DNA from: a virus
UHGV virus genome: UHGV-1651392
DNA length: 10,294 bases
Direction: 5' to 3' (one strand)
The notes under the pieces were generated by a model that had not been told where the DNA came from, did no database searches, and saw nothing but the letters and a program-made list of their open reading frames with translations. Below, one piece after another: positions 1-5,878 of this stretch. Each line of letters starts with the position of its first letter. Positions within the stretch are counted from its first letter, which is position 1. The translations under genes were made by a program, and so were the position numbers.

Positions 1-48
1 GATCCGAACGTTACAGAAAGAAAAAGCGCCCCGTTGCTAGATAACAGG

Positions 49-78
49 CAAAACAAAGGCGACCGGGATAGGTCGCCA
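49..78 (-). terminator. Putative rho-independent terminator for leftward transcription
   Basis: Perfect 7-bp inverted repeat GGCGACC (59-65) / GGTCGCC (72-78) with a 6-nt loop. On the minus strand it is followed by a T-rich run (complement of 49-58, CTTTGTTTTG). Lies downstream of the leftward genes at 381-560 and 144-323. Confidence 0.35.
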
Positions 79-143
79 GTGGGAACAAAGGAAATCAAAC
101 GCATCGCCAACAATGCCAGATTTGCGGCTGGTGGGCAATGTGA

Positions 144-323
144 TCAGTCAGATTTGGTTCGTTCCAGGGTTTGCAACGAGAGCTTTTTCCTGTGCTCTTT
201 AAGGAATTTCTCAAGAGCAAACGAACAAGGTGCGAATCTTTCTGATTCATGTTCATGCGCTATATTTTTGCGTCGTCTCTTACGAGTTGGTGATGGTGTT
301 TTTGTTGATTCTGTGTCGCTCAT
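144..323 (-). CDS. Hypothetical small basic protein (59 aa), possibly co-transcribed with the upstream RHH gene
   Basis: Hand-translated minus-strand ORF just under the 60-aa track cutoff: MSDTESTKTPSPTRKRRRKNIAHEHESERFAPCSFALEKFLKEHRKKLSLQTLERTKSD. ATG is complement of 321-323, stop is complement of 144-146. Only a weak RBS; sits between the RHH gene and the terminator. Could be spurious. Confidence 0.25.
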   Translation of the reverse strand: MSDTESTKTPSPTRKRRRKNIAHEHESERFAPCSFALEKFLKEHRKKLSLQTLERTKSD

Positions 324-380
324 GGTGCTGCCCTGTAAAGCAATGCGCCTGCGTTCCTCAAACTATGGCGCTGATAGTGG

Positions 381-560
381 CTATTCCTGCTCTTTGGCCT
401 TGCGCCGCTGGCGGCGTTTGATCTCGCCTTCAAGTGCTGAAACGATAAATTGTCCCGTGCTTTCGCCAGCTTCCTTTAAGTTTTCTACAGCGTCGGCTAT
501 TGCGTGGGGAACTCGTGCTTCAAGTTTCTTCGATTTTGCATTAACGGCCTTCGTTGCCAT
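381..560 (-). CDS. Ribbon-helix-helix (CopG/Arc/MetJ-type) DNA-binding regulator, 59 aa; putative repressor of the element
   Basis: Internal ATG (complement of 558-560) of track ORF 381..677 is preceded by a strong RBS (AAGAGGA, complement of about 567-573). Product MATKAVNAKSKKLEARVPHAIADAVENLKEAGESTGQFIVSALEGEIKRRQRRKAKEQE shows the RHH pattern: short beta-strand (LEARVP), helix A, GES turn, helix B, basic tail. The longer track start would add a hydrophobic extension encoded over the operator repeats, so it is rejected. Confidence 0.7.
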   Translation of the reverse strand: MATKAVNAKSKKLEARVPHAIADAVENLKEAGESTGQFIVSALEGEIKRRQRRKAKEQE

Positions 561-580
561 ATCTGGATTCCTCTTTATTA

Positions 581-661
581 GGTGGCTGACAGTATACACA
601 CAAGAAATCGAAAAAACACTATTGACGTGGCTGACACCTGTTACTAATATGGTGGCTGACA
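581..661. promoter_or_regulatory. Candidate operator: three direct repeats of GTGGCTGACA between divergent genes
   Basis: Exact 10-mer GTGGCTGACA at 582-591, 627-636 and 652-661 (first and third extend to GGTGGCTGACA). The second lies in the promoter spacer and the third over the predicted transcription start. Confidence 0.5.
622..650 (+). promoter_or_regulatory. Sigma70-type promoter for the rightward operon (-35 TTGACG, 17-bp spacer, -10 TAATAT)
   Basis: TTGACG at 622-627 and TAATAT at 645-650 with a 17-bp spacer; about 110 bp upstream of the first rightward CDS (761). Confidence 0.5.
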
Positions 662-760
662 CTTTTAGTTGTTGCAAGCAACAAAACGACGAAACCCCGC
701 ACTGTTGGAGCAGTAACGGGGCCTCTAACCACCAACGATAGCGAAAGTATCGAGGTAGCT

Positions 761-964
761 ATGTTAAATCATACCACACACCCGCAAGGGCGGGATTCGC
801 ACAACCTGAATAAATACATCTGGCGTTTTATCGCCCTGAGCACGGCACAACCGCGCGTGATTACCATCGAGGCCACCAGCGAACAGAAAGCCCGTCAGCA
901 ATCCCCGGCTGGCTGCGTGATGGTATTTACTGCTCGCATCCGTCAGGGGGAATACTATGCGTGA
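761..964 (+). CDS. Small hypothetical protein (67 aa), first gene of the rightward early operon
   Basis: Track ORF with GAGG at 752-755 just upstream of the ATG at 761. Its stop overlaps the next start (ATGCGTGA). My unverified recollection is that similar small proteins in P4-like/PICI islands are annotated Icd-like. Confidence 0.55.
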   Translation: MLNHTTHPQGRDSHNLNKYIWRFIALSTAQPRVITIEATSEQKARQQSPAGCVMVFTARIRQGEYYA

Positions 965-1214
965 TGAACGATTTATTCTTCTGGAGCAAAAATTCAGTGA
1001 AGCGCCAAAAAATGAAATTGATGCTCTTTTGCATATCGCGAATATGCTAAAAGTAGCAACGTTCCTTATAGTTTCGAATCTGGAGCATGAAACGGCGTTA
1101 GATATACTGAACAGTGCTGTCGATTATTCTGAATATATTGCCGAGGATAAATACAGGCAATTACCAGATTTGTTAGCCCATAAATATAAAGAAGAACCTC
1201 ACACCGGGAAATAA
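957..1214 (+). CDS. Hypothetical protein (85 aa), noticeably AT-rich gene
   Basis: Track ORF; start overlaps the upstream stop by 8 nt; RBS GGGGGA upstream. Looks clearly AT-richer than its neighbours by eye (not counted). Confidence 0.55.
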   Translation: MRDERFILLEQKFSEAPKNEIDALLHIANMLKVATFLIVSNLEHETALDILNSAVDYSEYIAEDKYRQLPDLLAHKYKEEPHTGK

Positions 1215-1216
1215 AC

Positions 1217-1519
1217 ATGAAGAAGATTAAATTTACTGGCTTAAATGCCAGCGGACAGACTCATCCGAAAATCAGGATCGGGGATATTTTCCGGGATAAA
1301 TATGGTGACAGCGTGGTTATTAATTCCGTGTATGAACGGCACATTACATACCGCCGCGCAGGGTATGACTATGACTGTGTGATGCCCGTTCATCAGTTCC
1401 GGCGTGATTTTTCACTGGTATGTGCAGCACCACGCAGTAAGCCCACCAGTAAAGAGAAAGCACGGGCAAATATTCAGGTAATAAAGAACATGATTAACGC
1501 ATTCAGGGGCAAGAAATGA
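1217..1519 (+). CDS. Hypothetical protein (100 aa)
   Basis: Track ORF starting 2 nt after the previous stop; its stop overlaps the next ATG (ATGA at 1516-1519), suggesting coupling. Confidence 0.55.
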   Translation: MKKIKFTGLNASGQTHPKIRIGDIFRDKYGDSVVINSVYERHITYRRAGYDYDCVMPVHQFRRDFSLVCAAPRSKPTSKEKARANIQVIKNMINAFRGKK

Positions 1520-3642
1520 AACGCGCACCGAATTTAAAGCACCAGCCGAAAGACAAAATGACGGAGGTGATTATCTTTGCGGGTAGTGATGCCTGGGCAC
1601 ATGCGAAAGAGTGGAGCGAATGGGCCGGAAAGCATATTGCGGCAGATGATACACATCCAGTTATTCTTGGACCGGAACAACTGGCGAGTCTGGCAGACAC
1701 GCAAATCATCGACAAAGGGCGCTATTACGTGCGCGTTTATCGTGCTGGTGAAATATCAGAGCAGCACCTTACACAGATAGCGACACTGCTTGCAGTGGCG
1801 GGTGTGAAGGAGGCGCGTTGCTACCGCAGCTTTGTTGATCAGCAGCCGGAGGACTGGACACCGCGCATGACTGGACTGAAGGATGATGCGGAACGCGGTA
1901 ACAGTCTGGTGATCAACCTTCCGGCGAAGACAAATTTCACCGGAAATTATGATGACGAATTAAAGCCTCGTGTTGAAAGTCGCGTCGATGGTGTTTTCTG
2001 GGTAACGCCCAAAGTGGACAAGCAGTCAGGCGAAATTATCCGGCCTGAGACGTGGTTATGTTCTCCGCTTGAACTACTGGGAACAGGAACAATCGGCAAA
2101 GAGCATTACCGCGTGATGCGCTGGAAAAAACCAGCAAACCATGAGGTCATTACAATGGCGGTCCCGTGCGGAGGCATTGGTGACCGTGACGGCTGGCGGT
2201 TGCTGAAAGACCACGGCCTTAACGTGACGACCAACGGCAAATACAGGGCTATCCTGGCTGACTGGATGCAGTTAAGCGGAAACCATGAGGAATGGCAGTT
2301 AAGCACAACAACGGGGTGGCATTTTGGTGCGTACATCATGCCGGATGGTTCGATCATCGGTGAATCAGAGAAACCCATCCTGTTTACCGGAAAAACTGCC
2401 GCTGTTAATGGCTATTCCGTGGCGGGAACAGCGGAGGGCTGGCGCGATACCGTGGCACGGCTGGCTGGTGGTAATCCGTCCATGATGCTGGGTGTGGCGG
2501 TATCGCTATCTGCACCATTAATCGGGCTGGTGGGTGCTGACGGCTTCGGGGTTCATCTTTTTGAGCAATCATCAGCAGGTAAAACCACCACACAGAACAT
2601 TGCCTCAAGTTTATGGGGAGAGCCGGACGCGCAACGGCTGACCTGGTACGGAACGGCGTTAGGTATCGCCAACGAGGCCGAAGCACATAATGACGGGCTG
2701 TTACCCCTGGATGAAATAGGCCAGGCCGGAAACGCACGGGAGGTGTCCACGTCAGCCTATACGCTGTTTAACGGTTCCGGGAAATTACAGGGGGCGAAGG
2801 ACGGCGGCAACAGGGAGATAAAACACTGGCGTACGGTGGCAATCAGCACCGGAGAAATGGACGTTGAAACATTCCTCAAAACGGAAGGGATAAAAATTAA
2901 AGCGGGGCAGCTTGTCCGTCTGCTTAACGTACCGATGGAAAAGGCCTCGCAGTTTCACGAATACAGCACCGGAAAGGCGCACGCAGACGCGTTAAAAAAT
3001 GCCTGGACAGAAAATCACGGGGCGGCAGGTCGTGAGTGGGTTAAATGGCTGGCAGGTCACCAGCAGGAGGCAAAGGACGCGGTAAAGGCATGTCGCGAGC
3101 GGTGGCGCAACCTGATACCGGAGAGCTACGGCGAGCAGGTTCACCGTGTGGGGGAAAGATTCGCCGTACTGGAGGCCGCGCTTGTGCTTTCCGGTCATGT
3201 TACAGGCTGGGATGTTCAGGCGTGCCGTGATGCAGTTCAGCATAACTTTAATGCCTGGGTGAAGGAATTCGGCACGGGCAACAGGGAATTTAAACAGATG
3301 GTTGAACAGGCTGAGGCGTTTTTGTCGTCGTTCGGGTTCAGTCGATACCTTCCCTATCCAAACAGCGACGAGCGTGATTTACCGATTAAAGACCTTGCCG
3401 GATACAGAAAGGGGAGCATCAGAAACGAAGATGAGGAGTTCCGTTTTTACACGTTCCCGCATGTGTTTGAGGGTGAGATAGCACAGGGATTTAATCCGTC
3501 TCACTTTGCCCGCGCGTTGAGTGCTGCCGGAATGCTGGAAGCGGGAGGCGACCGCCGTTACAAGAAAAAGGCGCTCGGCAGGATTGGCGGGAAGCAGCAT
3601 ATTTTTTACGTGCTGATGTTCCAGCCTGAAGCAGAATATTAA
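1516..3642 (+). CDS. Replication protein: P-loop NTPase of the DUF927-like primase/helicase type (708 aa)
   Basis: Long ORF with coupled start. Walker A-like motif SSAGKTTT (about 2566-2592) and Walker B-like hhhhDE motif LLPLDEIGQ (about 2698-2724). Directly followed by an iteron cluster, as expected for a Rep/initiator gene. Confidence 0.8.
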   Translation: MKRAPNLKHQPKDKMTEVIIFAGSDAWAHAKEWSEWAGKHIAADDTHPVILGPEQLASLADTQIIDKGRYYVRVYRAGEISEQHLTQIATLLAVAGVKEARCYRSFVDQQPEDWTPRMTGLKDDAERGNSLVINLPAKTNFTGNYDDELKPRVESRVDGVFWVTPKVDKQSGEIIRPETWLCSPLELLGTGTIGKEHYRVMRWKKPANHEVITMAVPCGGIGDRDGWRLLKDHGLNVTTNGKYRAILADWMQLSGNHEEWQLSTTTGWHFGAYIMPDGSIIGESEKPILFTGKTAAVNGYSVAGTAEGWRDTVARLAGGNPSMMLGVAVSLSAPLIGLVGADGFGVHLFEQSSAGKTTTQNIASSLWGEPDAQRLTWYGTALGIANEAEAHNDGLLPLDEIGQAGNAREVSTSAYTLFNGSGKLQGAKDGGNREIKHWRTVAISTGEMDVETFLKTEGIKIKAGQLVRLLNVPMEKASQFHEYSTGKAHADALKNAWTENHGAAGREWVKWLAGHQQEAKDAVKACRERWRNLIPESYGEQVHRVGERFAVLEAALVLSGHVTGWDVQACRDAVQHNFNAWVKEFGTGNREFKQMVEQAEAFLSSFGFSRYLPYPNSDERDLPIKDLAGYRKGSIRNEDEEFRFYTFPHVFEGEIAQGFNPSHFARALSAAGMLEAGGDRRYKKKALGRIGGKQHIFYVLMFQPEAEY

Positions 3643-3665
3643 CTTCCCTGTGTGAGGTAAAAAGT

Positions 3666-3790
3666 TGCGGGTTATGCGGGTTATCCTGTGTATAAGTTAA
3701 TTAAATGCATGATTAAAAAGGAAATCAATAACCCGCACGTAACCCGCAAAACGGCAGTTATAACCCGCAAATGTGCGATTGTAACCCGCA
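3666..3790. repeat. Iteron cluster, putative replication origin (or Rep/regulator binding array)
   Basis: 9-mer TAACCCGCA direct copies at 3729-3737, 3740-3748, 3761-3769 and 3782-3790 (spacings 11, 21, 21 bp). Two tandem inverted copies TGCGGGTTA at 3666-3674 and 3675-3683. They flank an AT-rich core at 3684-3728. Confidence 0.55.
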
Positions 3791-3852
3791 AAATTTCACT
3801 GTAAGAGTGTAAACAAGCGTAACTATCACGTTAAAACCGGAGAACAAACAGC

Positions 3853-4278
3853 ATGACGGCGCAAATATCAGCTTACGGGCGGCTGGTGGCTGACCCGCAG
3901 TTAAAGACCACCAGCAAGGGCACACAAATGGCGATGGCGAGTATGGCGGTCCCCCTTCCATGCAATCAGGCAGATGACGGAACGGCGACGATGTGGTTAT
4001 CCGTCCTGGCGTTTGGCAGACAGGCTGACGCACTGGCAAAACACCACAAAGGCGAACTGGTGAGCGTGGCCGGTAACATGCAGGTGAGCCGGTGGACGGG
4101 CCAGAACGGCGAAACGAGGCAGGGATGGCAGGTTATCGCAGACAGCGTAATCAGTGCGCGAACGGCGCGACCGGGCGGCAAAAAAGGCCAGCAGGGGCAG
4201 GCTACTGATGCACTGAACAGGGCAAAGCAACAGACAGGCCAGCACGATGATCCGTACGGGGACGGGATACCGTTTTAA
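3853..4278 (+). CDS. ssb: Single-stranded DNA-binding protein (141 aa)
   Basis: RBS GGAGAA at 3839-3844. OB-fold-like core with conserved aromatic positions, a Gly/Gln-rich linker and an acidic C-terminal tail ending DDPYGDGIPF (compare E. coli SSB DDDIPF). Confidence 0.85.
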   Translation: MTAQISAYGRLVADPQLKTTSKGTQMAMASMAVPLPCNQADDGTATMWLSVLAFGRQADALAKHHKGELVSVAGNMQVSRWTGQNGETRQGWQVIADSVISARTARPGGKKGQQGQATDALNRAKQQTGQHDDPYGDGIPF

Positions 4279-4314
4279 TTCACAACAGCGAACAGAGTAA
4301 TTACAGGGGAAGGC

Positions 4315-4812
4315 ATGACAAAGCTGACCATAAACAGAAAACCGAAGGGCATTTACGGCACGCCGCAGAAAACAGCACAGGCGGCGCAGCAGCAGAATAA
4401 AACCACATCGGCGCATAAAGTGATGCCAGATAACCAGAACACACAGCAGAAGCTCACAGGAGCAACACCGCGGCGGCGTATGACCAAACAGCAGCGTAAA
4501 AACCGCAGACGCGTTAACCGTCTTATTGAGCTATGGCCTGAATTATTCAGCCCGGAATCACCTAAGCCGCTTAAGGTGGGGATATTTGACGACCTGATAC
4601 AGGATATTGCCGCGAGAGGTATTTCACTCGGACAGGGAACACTACGCGCAACGCTGGCGCGTTATGTGCAGACTCCGCGCTATTACCGCGCCCTGGTAGC
4701 TGGTGGCGCGCGTTACGACCTGAAAGGCCAGCCGTGCGGCGAGGTAACACCACTACAACAGACGCACGCAGGAAAACTACTGGAGGAGATGAATGGAAAT
4801 AGAAAGAAATGA
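4315..4812 (+). CDS. ProQ/FinO-family RNA-binding protein (165 aa)
   Basis: RBS AGGGGA at about 4303-4308. Segment [27 protein letters not shown]...[35 protein letters not shown] closely parallels the ProQ N-terminal FinO domain (PLKIGIF.DL ... LR.AL..Y..S.RY ... R.DL.G.PCGE). Confidence 0.85.
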   Translation: MTKLTINRKPKGIYGTPQKTAQAAQQQNKTTSAHKVMPDNQNTQQKLTGATPRRRMTKQQRKNRRRVNRLIELWPELFSPESPKPLKVGIFDDLIQDIAARGISLGQGTLRATLARYVQTPRYYRALVAGGARYDLKGQPCGEVTPLQQTHAGKLLEEMNGNRKK

Positions 4813-5209
4813 TCACGCACATGGTCGCCGTGCAGGTGATCACATTGTGGATGAAATTGCGAAAAAACAAAGAGTTGACATTGTTGTCAGTGTCACAGTC
4901 GAGAGCGCGAAGCGCCAAAATAAGCGTATAAATGATCATTCAGATGTACATGGTGTGATCACTCGTTTACGCCAGACTTTTGTAACTCGTGAAGAGATGA
5001 TTGAAGCTATTGACCAGCATACAGCATGTATCAGCGTCAGGGATATACCGGAGATCATTGCTAACTACTTCATGATCACCAGACGCCTTTACCGGAGAAA
5101 AGACAAGAGCACGGTTAACCGTCTCCTGATGTCTGATATTCGCGAATACCTGCAAGAAAGAGGCTATGTGAATCCACCAGAACAGCACTACGGAAAAGTC
5201 GGAGGCTAA
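4793..5209 (+). CDS. Hypothetical protein (138 aa), overlapping the 3' end of the ProQ/FinO gene
   Basis: Track ORF; ATG at 4793 preceded by GGAGGA at 4782-4787 (5-nt spacer); overlaps the upstream gene by 20 nt. No recognisable motifs. Confidence 0.6.
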   Translation: MEIERNDHAHGRRAGDHIVDEIAKKQRVDIVVSVTVESAKRQNKRINDHSDVHGVITRLRQTFVTREEMIEAIDQHTACISVRDIPEIIANYFMITRRLYRRKDKSTVNRLLMSDIREYLQERGYVNPPEQHYGKVGG

Positions 5210-5293
5210 CTAAAACCCTGTACCGAAGAGCGGCGGCGCGATGGGGTGAAGTAATGCAGTTGGGGTACTGACAAGGAACGGTATTGCATATCA

Positions 5294-5443
5294 ATGCGAC
5301 GACTGGAATGTTCCAGGAAGGCACAGAGGCCACCGAAGCAACCGGATAATTTAGAAGACCTGAAACGGTCGCTTAAACGCACTGAAAAAGAAATGGGGAT
5401 AGATGGGATCGGGAAATCAGTATGGCGTAACTACCAGAAGTAA
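5294..5443 (+). CDS. Possible small basic protein (49 aa); alternatively part of a small RNA
   Basis: Hand-translated: MRRLECSRKAQRPPKQPDNLEDLKRSLKRTEKEMGIDGIGKSVWRNYQK. Stop TAA at 5441-5443 lies 6 nt before a strong terminator. No convincing RBS (AAGGAA is 15 nt upstream). Confidence 0.25.
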   Translation: MRRLECSRKAQRPPKQPDNLEDLKRSLKRTEKEMGIDGIGKSVWRNYQK

Positions 5444-5449
5444 GCACAG

Positions 5450-5473
5450 AGCCGGAGCAATCCGGCTTTTTTT
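5450..5473 (+). terminator. Rho-independent terminator
   Basis: Perfect 7-bp stem AGCCGGA (5450-5456) / TCCGGCT (5461-5467) with GCAA loop, followed by a run of seven T ending at 5473. Confidence 0.65.
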
Positions 5474-5575
5474 GGGGCTGAAATCAATCAATCTGTTTTT
5501 GTGATAGAAATATGTTTATCTACCACTTTTTCAGATCAATAATGTGCATAGTTTAGTCAGTAAGAGGAAATTGCT

Positions 5576-5782
5576 GTGAATTGTATTAACGACCTGAACA
5601 CAGGCGATGTCAGAGGTGGTTCCGTTCATCTGGATGCACAGACCGTGATGCGCCTTAAGCAGTACAGAATCGACCATGTGAACAATCACCCTGATCAGCC
5701 ATTACCAGGCGTGGCGCAGATTGTCAGACATGCCGTAAACGCCTGGCTTAATCAGAATGGTTTTGCATCGGGGGGTGAGTAA
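5576..5782 (+). CDS. Small protein (68 aa), GTG start; possible ribbon-helix-helix-like regulator
   Basis: GTG at 5576 preceded by a strong RBS AAGAGGAAA (5562-5570). Pattern SVHLDAQTVMRLKQY ... GVAQIVRHAVNAWLNQNG is compatible with a strand-helix-helix fold (weak). Stop overlaps a short downstream reading frame. Confidence 0.5.
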   Translation: MNCINDLNTGDVRGGSVHLDAQTVMRLKQYRIDHVNNHPDQPLPGVAQIVRHAVNAWLNQNGFASGGE

Positions 5783-5878
5783 TGAATCGCTGGTACAGCA
5801 TCAAAGCGGAGGGACGCCAATGTTATTTAAATCAGGTTTTATGAATTCTGGTACACGATTCAAAACAGGGGGTTACTG

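Noticed and set aside
1-140. tRNA gene or attachment site at the left edge of the window
   Set aside because: No cloverleaf-compatible arrangement of stems was recognisable by eye, and the second element boundary is not in the window, so no att repeat can be called.
230-421. 63-aa plus-strand ORF
   Set aside because: Overlaps the RHH gene on the opposite strand; no RBS; Cys/Leu-rich improbable peptide.
381-677. Full-length 98-aa version of the minus-strand RHH ORF
   Set aside because: The N-terminal extension would be encoded over the operator repeats and promoter and is hydrophobic nonsense. The internal ATG (complement of 558-560) has a strong RBS and yields a clean RHH protein.
34-741. 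235-aa plus-strand ORF spanning the left control region
   Set aside because: It runs antisense across the RHH gene and through the operator repeats and promoter, has no RBS, and its product is low-complexity. Most likely a chance open frame.
2106-3600. Several minus-strand ORFs (2106-2378, 2405-2737, 2553-2750, 2785-2982, 2992-3243, 3379-3600) and plus-strand ORF 3045-3230
   Set aside because: All lie inside the 708-aa Rep gene in other frames or antisense; Pro/Arg/Cys-rich shadow-ORF products.
3666-3790. Possible CRISPR array suggested by the short repeated 9-mers
   Set aside because: Repeats are only 9 bp, in both orientations, with irregular 2-12 bp gaps and no spacer-like unique units. 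This matches iterons, not a CRISPR array.
3758-4416. Minus-strand ORFs 3758-4039, 3966-4181 and 3997-4416
   Set aside because: Antisense to the well-supported ssb gene and the ori region; Cys/Pro-rich shadow frames.
4571-5333. Minus-strand ORFs 4571-4939, 4967-5188 and 5115-5333
   Set aside because: Antisense to the ProQ/FinO gene and the 138-aa gene; no independent support.
5490-5530. P2/P4-type late promoter activator site (TGT-N12-ACA) or CRP site upstream of the cargo operon
   Set aside because: Only a TGTGA half-site and an imperfect GATA...TATC palindrome are present; no convincing match to either consensus.
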